Below, piece after piece: positions 10,201-21,200 of a stretch of DNA of 64,000 nucleotides. The notes under the pieces are model-generated. The model ran no database searches, was not told where the DNA came from, and was given only the letters and a program-made list of their open reading frames with translations. Position 1 is the stretch's first letter, and each line of letters starts with the position of its first letter. Both the position numbers and the translations under genes were made by a program. This DNA is from Klebsormidium nitens. Taxonomy: Eukaryota; Plantae; Klebsormidiophyceae. The stretch lies in assembly GCA_000708835.1 (NCBI GenBank), contig DF237122.1, positions 62,001 to 126,000 of the forward strand. Reading direction: 5' to 3'.

Positions 10201-12213
10201 ACCTGTTAACAAGTCACGTAATCAACAATTTCTCCCTGATTGGAATGTCGAACGTACTTTAACACGAGCCTCAACCTCCGGCCAGGTTGCTGTGTGAGGT
10301 TCATCAGGACTACCGGTCCAACCTGAAGATCGCGGAGCGCGGCTACTGGGTGTACGACTTCTCGCTGCCGCTGCTGGTACATCACGCGTTCCACTTCCAA
10401 ACCGCGCTCAACCTGCGCAAGTGGCTGCACATCTGCCCGCGCCGCCAGGTCACCACGCTCGACACACACGACGGCATGGGCATCGATGACGTCACAGGCC
10501 TGGCTGACGTGAGCGGCTGATCTAGCTTCTATTCCCTATTCGATTTTGTCATTGGGCGAGCCCTCAATGGCTTCACGTCTTGTCCAACTCGCTGCGCGGT
10601 TCCTGTATTAGTCGCTTACGAATGTGTTGACTAGCTCTCTCGTTCACAAACGCTGGCCGCCCATCTGCTCACAATACGACATGATCTAGCTCCGGCAGGT
10701 CTACACAGTGTTAGCTATCATACAAGCGTCAAGGCGTTTCGTCTGAGCAACCTGTTCTTTAAAACCGATTTTATGTCGCAATCGTCCGACTTGGCGCCCG
10801 CTTTCGCATGTGCTACTTGCGCATCGAGTACTTTTCTAACTACACGTCCGTTAGAAAGTTGTGACAGACACACTCGTTTCGGCTCCCTCTCTCCTCGGCC
10901 AATTTTCGTGCTTCTCGTCTCTTCCATCACGCCTTCCTTAACCCGTTGACTACTCGTACAATCTGATTGGCCGTTAAGTTACTTCCATTCCCTCCTGATC
11001 GGTTGTTGAGTTTCTCATATCCTCTCCCCTGCCAGATCTGCGACCTGCAAGAGCTGGAGAGCCTGGCCAAGGGCGCCACCACTCAGGACCTGGCGGCCAT
11101 CACGAAGAAATACTTCTACGACCCCAAGAAGGCCTCGTACGTGGACGCCGTTCACCAGATCAACAGCACCTACTACTCGGCGTGCGAGGAGGATGACCTG
11201 ACGTACCTGCTCGCGCGCGCCATCCAGTTCTTCTGCCCGGGCGTTCCGCTGGTGTACTACAATGGAATGCTGGCCGGAGTGAACGACGCGGATGCGGTGC
11301 GGCGGACCGGCGTGCCCCGGAACATCAACCGGCCGAACTACAGCTACGAGGACGCGGCGAAGCAGGTGGGTGGTTGGCCGGTTGGAATTTCAGAGTTTAT
11401 ACGGTCATTGTTCGGCAAGTCGTGAAGCCGTCTGATTGCTTGTCCGCTTTGACGGCTTGCCGGTTTGTAATCAAGTTTTGCAACAGTATAAGCTTGAGGA
11501 CGGTGGGCTGCTTGAAAGACACGCAGACGATCCTACTGTAGATGCAAATTGATGGTCAGAAACTAGTCCCAATTCATTTCCGATTCCCCGAAAACATGGG
11601 GTTTTTAAACACGATCCAAACTCGTGTTCGGACAGCGGAACTCGCAAGTGAATGCAATTTGATATGCTAAACTGTTGCTCTGTGGCGGTCCCCTGCGAGA
11701 CAAGAGCGGAACGCTTTCGTCAATTCTTCGTTGCAGAAAGGGTACAGAGGTCCAAGTAAGCACCCTCCAGCCGGTAAAAGTAAATGCCGAAGCGCACTCA
11801 CTCAACATCTCTTCTGCTCTCGAGTTGCGAGCACATTTTGGAGTTGGAGCCTTGAAGCTTGACGCAATTGCTGACGCCTTTGTTTCCTGTGGTCTTGCCA
11901 GATGCAACGGCCGGTGGTGCAGGCGTTGCGCGACTTGTGCCGCTTCCGGAACCAGCACCCCGCGTTCCAAGGACAGATCACCATCTTCGACGATGAGCCC
12001 GAACATGTTCTCAAAGTCCGGTGGGCGAACGGGAAGGACTACGCGACATTGACTGCAAACATCAAAACGCGGTCCTTCGATCTGCGGTACACTACCGGAG
12101 GCCACGAAAGTTCCCCGATCCGGTGCGTGAGGTTCCAGCGAGAAGGAGGCCAGGAGGGGTTCCCGGAGGGTGACTTTAACGAAGAAGATGTTGTCTTCGT
12201 GTGCGCGAAGTAG
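7252..12213 (+). CDS. GH13 subfamily 18 sucrose-phosphorylase-like enzyme; exons 7252-7428, 7887-8150, 8656-8805, 9107-9222, 9529-9590, 10286-10508, 11036-11365, 11902-12213; first exon(s) upstream unresolved
   Basis: The spliced translation carries the family motifs in order: NQIQLSTYGD, VHLLPIYPSSGDRGFAP, DFMLNHVS, LWNTFGPEQID, IRLDAFG (nucleophile Asp), LCEVH (acid/base Glu), YDFSLP, TTLDTHDG, QINSTYYSA, RAIQFFCPGVPLVYY, RNINR, RFRNQHPAF. These closely parallel Streptococcus/Leuconostoc GtfA as I recall it. All seven introns are GT-AG with matching phases. Confidence 0.93.
10103..10325 (+). repeat. 120-bp tandem duplication covering the 3' splice site and first 40 nt of the 10286-10508 exon of the GH13_18 gene
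   Basis: 'cctcaacctccggccag|gttgctgtg(c/t)gaggt(c/t)catcaggactaccggtccaacctg' occurs with the exon start at 10166 and at 10286. The upstream copy runs into TAA at 10260-10262. Confidence 0.93.
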
Positions 12214-13077
12214 GGAGCTCGACTGACGAGTGTTTCGCATTTAATCATTTGATGATTGACCTCTGTTGAGGGTTGCGATTCCGCATTCAAAATTGCTCGC
12301 TACTGATAAGGTAGAGACTGCACGGTGAGAGGTTGTTGCAACGTGACGCAGCTGCACGCTTCGGTACGGTTGGAAACGGCCCGCTATAACGGATGGTAGC
12401 AATTATTGCTCGCATACATCCTTGTTATAGACATTGTCATTTAGGACATAACCCTTTGAGCTTTTCAGGGTCAGGCTGTCATTTGCAGCAAGTAGTTGTT
12501 GACCTCTAGGCGCACATAATCATTCAATGCATCGCACATGCCAGGATGTGGACGTTCAAACACGGTCAAATTGACTTATCAAACACACAATAATATGTGC
12601 TCCATCTGCCGAAGGGTGTCGGTGACTACATCACTTGATTGATGATCTTTACTAATTTGCATGGAGCAGTTGAGCCGTGCAACTTCGCGAGTATGTATGT
12701 TATCACCTTTAACAATCGGATTCAAGTTTGACGGAGTCGAAAGGATGCACGTACCATGACATGATGGCAGCCCGTGCTTTCAAAGGTGAGATAACTGCTC
12801 CATGCATGGTTTCCTCGAGCCGCAATCGGCGAAGGGCTAACGAACCGCGGCGCAACAATGGACGTTGTACGTGCCTCAGTAAGATTGTCTGGTATCTTTG
12901 TACCACATGCTTATATCACCATTCTGCCTCGTGTTGTACGTTTCATCATCAAAGAAATCCCTGATCTGGTTTGGAATCTATTCTTAAATCGTCAGAAGAT
13001 ATTCGTACGGAAGTTTCCTCTCATCAGCTGCCATCGGTGTGCTGGGTCAAGTGACTCAACAGTGAGCAAAGCTCTAG

Positions 13078-13999
13078 ATGCTGTCACTCGCGGAAAAGAT
13101 TTCGCTGTGGAGCTACATCGAAGCGCGGTTGCAAGGCCTGCCGGCGCACCTACCCGGCCTGCCTTCCGCTGCGGAATGGAAGGTCAAAGGGGAGGAGAAT
13201 ACCGGAAGCCTTGGCGTTCCGGTCGTGTGCTCATGGAAGCTGTGCACGGCAGGTCCCGAGCCCGTGGTTCAAGGCAAGAGGTTTGGCAAGTGTTCCCTTT
13301 GCCAAGTCGCTGGCTACTGCAGGTAACAATCAACGGCCACAGATTGAATATGAGTATCTTCCTTTTAACATTGGACAGGGGCGTGCCTTACTGAGTCAGG
13401 AGAGTGGCTCCCTCATGATTTTTGACGCCTCTTTCTGATGCGCCTCGCTTTCTGATTGGTCAGATGCAAGAGGCGTGCATTGCAAATCTTTTTTTGACGA
13501 CCATCTGGACATTCTCAATTGTTGCCAGCCAAAGCACGGACTCTGTGAGAATGCCATTGTCTAACTTCGATGCCAAGGTGGCGCTTCGAACTGTGAATCG
13601 ATCGACTGGAGCCCTTGTCTTTCAGTCTTTCGTACTCTGATCTGTTCTCGGCTTTGCTTGCGAATAATCTGACTCGCTTGACACAATCGAATCCATTTTG
13701 CAGCAACACCAGAAGCTGCATTGGCCAACCCACAAGGTCCCTCGTCAAACACGCGCGGCCGATTGCCAGGTTCGACCCTTAAAACTACGAGCATGAGAAA
13801 GTGGCTTACAGAAATCACAAGAGGATCTCCTAGACCATCTGAGGAACTTTTGAGACTATTTGGTTCATGCATCATAACTCTCGGAAGCGGGCCGGATCGT
13901 CAATCCATCTTCGATCAATATCCCGAACAATATCCGACAAAGTGCATCACAGCTTTCCAATGGGAGGAAAGGCATCCTTTTACATTTCAGCTCCTTTAG
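13078..13999 (+). pseudogene. Possible degenerate MYND-type zinc-finger gene
   Basis: VVCSWKLC...FGKCSLCQVAGYC (about 13225-13320) ends at a CAG|GTAAC donor. QHQKLHWPTHKVPR (about 13703-13745) resembles the second half of a MYND finger (C/H-Q-x2-HW-x2-HK-x2-C), with the last Cys as Arg (cgt). The splice phases do not join cleanly. Confidence 0.4.
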
Positions 14000-15286
14000 G
14001 TCATGCAGCGCTTGAAGTTAACCATAAGATAACCCATTGTAACCGTCGAATCTGCGTCTAGATCATAAGCACCTCTCGTAGAATCTTACTGAGAGGCTTT
14101 CCTCCAATTCATGTGGGATTTGTCACTCTGCCACCCGAGCTCTATAAGCGTACACTGATGAGACTCTTATATCACATGCATTCCGTGGGATCCACTCGGA
14201 AGTTGCAGCATACACGTGAAGTAAGGCTCGCTGCATGGCAGAAAAGCTCTCCAATGTTGCATTGCCGAGATCCGTCCTCTTGATCGCGTTTGAAAAGAGA
14301 ACATCGCCACTCTTGTTTCCCTCTGGTATGGGCGAAGATTGCATGAATTACTATCCGGACTTCGGATCGAGGATGTATGAGCAAGTACGTGCTAATCCAT
14401 GCAATCGTTCCAAACAACAAGCATGGTGACAGAACGAATCAAGTCGCATACGCAGCGGCCCCATGGTGGAAAGCTCTTTAACCGAAAAGGGGGCGACCGA
14501 CAATTATAATCTCATGCGGCCATCTTCCTGATGACATATGTACGATATACAGCCTAGCGTGTTCTATGCCATTCAAGGTTCAAGTTGAGTGTTGGTATGA
14601 AAACTACTGTAGGACTCCTTGGTAACATGCTAACTTGTAGGTTACTTGGACAGCTGCCAGCACGGAAGGGAGGCAAACACTCAACTCCTTGATCTCATGC
14701 TCGCACTTGAACTCATGTTTCCAGGATCGACAGATCCTGCTTCCGACCTACTGGAAAGAACGCACACAGCGTGTGTTTGGTAAGGGCGGCTAGCTTTGCA
14801 TGGTCGTGCGGTCACGTCACATGCCTGTCAATTCTACCAGATCCAAATCTTACTGAGTCGACTATGTACCAAGACTCGCCTGCTTTTCTTTCAGCTTTTG
14901 AATGAACGAGTTCCCCTTTCGCGGTATAAGCACGTCAATCTTACTCAACGACATGCCCTTCCGTTTGCCGACCGCCTGCACAAGGAAGCAACTCTTAGCG
15001 TACAGGCTTCACCGATGTTCTGGTAGAGGAAGATATGAAAGCGGGCCGACTCGAAGCAACTTCGAGGCACTTCTTGAATAGGGCCTCGGTTACCTCCGCA
15101 AGCTTTGCACACTTTCACAATACAGGTGCTTATCTGGCACTGGTTCTCAAGGCTCTTGAAAAAGCAATGTGCGGGGGAACGGTTCGAAGCTTCCGCCAGT
15201 CTTCCGTTCCACATTCACCGGGCTCAATCTGCGTTTTAGAACAAGTGTCCATCTTTTTCAGAGGTTCGCGAAGCTGTAACAATACG

Positions 15287-18200
15287 CTAGACGATTTCCA
15301 ACCCTACCGCCAAGGTCCTTCCAAAAGCAGCACTCGCCAGTCTTCCCAGCGCCCACGCATCCGGCTCATAATCTTGGCAATCGCGGTTCAAGCTTCGACG
15401 TACCTGGTCCGCCTTAAACCGCCCGTCCACGATCTTTTTCTTCTCTTCCGCCGACATCTCCAAGTGCCCGGGGACGACTACCGGGACCGGGGTCGCTAAG
15501 CGGGGGTCATGCTTGTCCGCCTCTTCCAGCCGCGCCTGGAAGAGCCCCCACTCGTGCTGGCACCGCTCGCGCACCCCCTCCCACGGCTGCCGGCCGTCTT
15601 CCGATTGACCCTAAACGGAATAGAACGGAACGGAATGATGACCCTGAGCAAAATCAACGGAACAGAATGAGAATGTGTCAGCAGTGACAAGCCCAGGGGT
15701 TCTGGCAGCGCGAGCACGCCCTCCCACGGATGTTGCCCGTCTTCGGATTGGCCCTGAGCGGAATCAACGAAGCGGAATGACAGCGTGTCAGCGGAATGTG
15801 AACCAGAAGGTTTGGCAGCGCACGCTTGCCCAATTACGCTGCCAGCCATCATCCGTTTGACCCTGAGCGGCAACAACGGAACGGAATGACAGCGTGTCTA
15901 GCGAATCTTAATCCCAGGACTGGCAGCGCGCACGGCCACGGCTGGCAGCCGTCTTCCGTCTGCTCCTGGCCGGAACCGACAGAACGGAACGCGAGCTGCA
16001 TGTAAGACGAGGTTTACACCGCTCGCACACGCCCTGTTACACGCCGGTAACTCTCATTTTCCCCAATGGCCGATTGATTTAAAGTAAGCACCCGGGGGAC
16101 TGGTGGGGTTAGTCTGGTGGTTAGGATGACTGCGCGCGCGGGCCGCATTGTTTTTGGGGTTAGGCGTTAGTTGAGACGGCCGGCCCTTATGTATCTGAAA
16201 ACAAACTCCTCATATTGCAATCTAACTCTAGTGTTACCAGTACCCCTGTCACGGCTGCCGCCGTCTCTCGCCCATCTTTCTCCAGGCAAATTGTATCCTC
16301 CACGTGACGGGAACTCTCACCTGGTTCCCTAATGACGGGACCGACTTGTGCTTGATGAACTCCTGGTCCACCACCCCAATCTTCTCGTACGCGAGACCCT
16401 GCAAAACGCACGAGTCGGGACGTTACGCTTTTCGGCGGACGGGTCAGAACGTTACGCTTTTCGGGAGAATTTTCGATACGTAACGCTTTTCTGCGGGCGG
16501 GTCAAACGTTACGCTTCTCGGCAGACGGGTCAGGAAGATATGCTTCACGGCAGACGGTCAGAGCGTTACGCCTATCGGCAACTCGTTCGAAAGATTGTTC
16601 GAAAGATTCCTCTAGGCGAACGGAGCGATTCCTCCTTACAAGCTCGCCTCGTTGGGACTGCTTTCTGAGAAGCCTTCTGTAGCTCGGACCAAAACCCCTA
16701 TAAATGTCGTAGCGAAGGTTTGCTTCGGCATTCTTTACCATGCACCCTCGGTGAAGAGATCTTGTAATCACTTCGACGACTTCAGCGTCCCCTGCCTCAC
16801 CTCCCAATTATCGCTTATATCGCATTCAATGGACTTCAGTCTGGATCAACTCCAGTTTTTCTCGCCGACATGGAAGTAAGACGGTATACAAAACAAGATT
16901 GGCTCACCTGCGCGCAGCGCTGAAGGGCCATATCCAGGCCCCAACCGTGGATCAGATCGTTCTGCACACACCCAGACGTCGATGCGGTCAGAACACTCTT
17001 GTATGTTTGAACGAAACTTAGGCAGGCGGAAAAGAGGCGTCCAAAAAGGTAAACGCTCCAACCTAGACCAAAGCAACGCGTTCTCAAGAGGCTCCAACGA
17101 AGGTGCGTCGGTCAAACTACTGGCTGGTTGACGGGGCGTCAGAGTTGCGGTCAAGGACTGGTTAGGGGATGGTTAGCGGTTCACCTGGATCATGTACCAC
17201 GTACACCGCCAGGCCTTTCGTGAGAACACCGGAGCCATAATCTCCACGAACCTGCCAGGTTGAACGCTTTGTCACAATAGATCCTCATGTTAATCAACGG
17301 GCGTTGAACTGGTCATGGTCGAAAGGAAGTTGGACATCCAAGATGCGAACTCCACATGCAAGAACATCTAGTCGAACCCGCACGGCGTGCTCGATAGAAA
17401 AGCATCCAACGACGATGAGAAGAAACATCTACTTTCTCGTCCAGAGGGAATTCACAGAAAAGGACATGAAGGAGGAGCAAGCACAGACCCAGCAGCTTCT
17501 GCGACGAAATAAACCACGTAAAGAGGCATCAACCCGCGCGAAACAGCACGACAGGTTTAGATGCTGGAGATCTATCTGCTCATTCAAAGCAAAGCTTGCG
17601 AAAGGCTGTTGCCGGAAAACTGTCGAAAGGCGGGGCTTGCAGTTCGTCGCGTCGCGTTTGTCACTCGTTTGTCACTCGTTTGTCACTGCAACTTGTAAGA
17701 GAAAAAGTGAGGGCCAAACCCAACAAGTACATGCGCTGTACAGCCATCAACAACTGTTGTCCACCAAGACTCGCTAGAATTTGCAGATTTCCCGCGGGCC
17801 TTTCACGGCATGTGAGCAGTGTCGACTTACCCCGCACACGGTGGTTTCAGCGGACCGTCTTTACACCAACCCGGCCGCTCCTCAGTCGCTCTGCAGAGAA
17901 GAAGCTGGCTGGTGTCAAAATAATTGAGCATAAGTGGCTGTTTACGTCTTGAAACGAACAGTGCAGGGCTCAGAAGCCCGGGACGGTGATCAATTTGCAC
18001 GACGGGGCTTGAGGACCTCTTGTGGGCAGGGTTCGACCGGATCACAGCGATCTGAGTGGAAACCGGAAGACTCGGGAGGCCAGAAGACGCGATTGGAGAT
18101 TCGCAGACCGCACTTCTCAACCGGAAACTCGAGGATTGGAGCAACAACCGTACCACCGTTGGAAAAGCCTGCTTCGCTGATGGAAAGCATCCGTTTCGCA

Positions 18201-21200
18201 TTCGTTCCCATGCCTATCTGAATCGAAGTGAAGGTACAAACATCAAACATCAAGCCGTGAACAACAATGAAAGGACGTGGTGCTCTATCTCACTTTAGAG
18301 CTAAGCCGCTATAAACAATGTTGAGAAAGACAATGTGTAGTGGGCTTCTTACTTGTGAATCTCCTGCCCCGGCCTCATCAGTGTCATCATCCACGTGGCC
18401 CCTGCGTCCAGCCCCGGCTGCGAGATTTCGAGGCCGTGCCTCTTTATCAACGCCAGATACCTGCAGAGGAATTGAATAATCTCAGAGTTCGACAACAAGC
18501 ATTGGATATATCGACGCCGGATACTTGGCCGAAGAATCCGGGTTCTTTCTGACTTTCTGGGCACGGAGTATGGAAAGAAAGTGCCCTGTCGAAGTTGGCC
18601 CCGGCAACAGCGGAGCTGGGAGCCTTTGCCCCGGATTCATGTGACACTGACTTGCACGGTTTCCAGGGACGCTTTTGCTAGCGCGCACTAAAATTCAAAG
18701 ACTTGAGTGGCCTCGCAAGTCACGATGATTTCGATAGGTGGTCCTCGACGAAGAAACGTTGACCGGTAGACACCAACCACGAACTGACATCGATGTCGCC
18801 GGTCGAGTCGTTCCAGATACAACAAAAAAGTATTAAGCAAGAAGTATCCTGTTCGCACTCCGCAGATAACGACAAAACGTGCTCGCAAGCAACTCGCTCT
18901 CGCACGGAGAGGATGTTGATACATGCTTCCGGTCGAACAAGCACACAAGAAGGGGTCGGCAAATAAATCGGAAGGATCCGGTTGTCTGCATGTCAGTCGG
19001 GGGACTGACCGGGAGGCATTGAAGTTGTCGAGGCCCAAGTCCTCGTCCCAGATGAAGATGTAATCGTACGGCTCCACGATGTCAGGGTGAAGGAAGCGCT
19101 TCGCAAACCACCTGCAGAGCAAGCGACCGGTGGATCGATGATTGGTTGATCTTTTCTGCCGCTTGATTGGCCGGTTAGCCAATGGTTTGCTTGACAGCGT
19201 CAAACATCTACCGTTGAGATTGTCGGAAAAGTTTTTAAACCGACGGCCAGCAACATTCGAAGCAGAATACTCGCATATCTAGACACCCGTGAAAGAGGAA
19301 CGGAATATTCGTTCCAGTAGTCAGAGCCTTTACAGAAGTCTCGTCGCGCTCTTTTGACATGCTGGCAATCATGCTGATGTAGAAACTATGGGTGCTCAAA
19401 GCGCCGCCAATATTCAAGCCCGAAACTCAACCGAGGCGACTCGAGCAGACGGAAGTTACAACAATTGAATTCCGCACCGGTAAGCGAAGTTGAGGTGTCA
19501 GAAAGATGTGGGCGCTCACCATTTGCTCTGCCTCTTGCCCACAATGTGGATGGCGGCGTCGAACCAGGGGGACGTATTCCACTGCTCGACGATCCCATCG
19601 TAGTGAAAGATGAGGTACACGAAGTCGGACGCCGGGAACTGCAGCGACGGGTGAGCAGGCAATCACTAGTCAGCAATCAGATCAAAAAGATTGGGAAACT
19701 TTCTGCTTCGAAAGAACGACAGAGCATATGGGCTTCTGTTTTCGCTCAGGTCACTTTTAGGGATGTCAAAAGCGTTTGTAAGCTAAAATGGTTCCCCTTC
19801 TTGCGGTCAGTCTTGCGCTAACCTTGTTTTGGATTCCTTCCCGGCACCGGCCAACCTGTCGTTCACTGTTAAATGGACGTCAGACTCAAGCGAAGGGTTT
19901 CCTTTGAAATAAAAGCCTACAGACCACCGAAGTCTCAAGCTACTCAACAAAGATCGAGGTGCCTCCCCTCCTCGATACTTGAACCATAATCCTCGCCTCT
20001 TATTGACGGAAAAGCATCGTGCCCCTTTCAACAAGGCGAGGCAATAAGCCAAAGATAAGAATGCCGGTTCGTCACCTTCCCGATCGCGCCGACCACGTTT
20101 CTTTGAAGCGAAACATAAAAGTAACAACGTGCTTCCCTTTCAAAAGAGAAACCTGCCTCCAATCGAGACGAAAATGAGAGCTTCTCTTGAGTAACTTCGG
20201 TGGCTCACCTTCTCAATCATGTTGTCAACATTCTCCTTCTGCTGGATCCCCGCCGTGATCACCAGCAGGTTGCGCGGCTGCGACCCCTGCAGGTCCTCCT
20301 CAGGACGCCCCCAAAGGCGCCGGAGATAAAAGTCGCTCGTGCTCGCCACGATCTGGGGGGGCAGGATGCGCGCCTCGGGGGGTATCCGGAAGTCGGTGTG
20401 CGGGTCGAGGGGCTGGGAGGGGGCCTGCGAGAGGGCAGGGGAAATAATTCATTTCAAGGTCGGTAGTGTCTAACGAGTCTTCCTTTTGAAGGGATCTACC
20501 AGACAAGACCCCTGAGCAGTTGAGGCTAGTGGTTGGACGCGTCACAAATACGCATTTGTCCTGAAATGGTGTCCATCATTTGATGCGCTGCAGCATGGGA
20601 GTGCGTAGGTACGAAGCTGAAGGCACAACGGCGTCCTAGTGAACTGTTAAATCGTAGTTTCAACAAGTCCCCACAGGACCAGGTGACCACCGGATCATCA
20701 ACTGTCACTCGGATGCAACATTGATCATGCTGATATGGAGCTTTCTGTAGCTTGGACCTTGAAACCCGTTTCAAGTAGGAAAACGAACTCCCTGGAAAGT
20801 TCGTGAAAAAAGGACCCTTTACATTAGGGGCAGTGCCTCAGTCAACCTTAGAAAGTACACCAGTTGAAAATGAATCAGAAGTTATATGCGACGTTCTATC
20901 ATCACGGGCACACATCGAAATCAATCAGCTTTGTAACGAGTGATGGGCAGCCCCCCGTGTCGCAATTCCATCTTCAGGACCCAGTCTTGAAAAAGAAAAA
21001 ATCCGAAATGATTGTGCATCATGAACAGTCAGCTCAGATAAGCGACTCGATTTGCAAAGCACGTCACGTACCTCAAGTGAAGCAGCTTCTGGCGCTATGT
21101 CTAAGCGGCCAAGTTTGGACCATGGCTGCAGAACAAAGAATAAAGATCAGGCACTGCCTGCGCTCATCAGTTCAAACATAAAGATAAACCCCTGATAACG

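Noticed and set aside
11605-12240. 211-aa minus-strand ORF
   Set aside because: It is the antisense shadow of the last GH13_18 exon and adjacent intron, with no recognisable motifs.
16421-16580. Regularly spaced 29-bp repeat as a CRISPR array
   Set aside because: The units are contiguous and degenerate, with no unique spacers, no cas genes and a eukaryotic intron context. It is a minisatellite.
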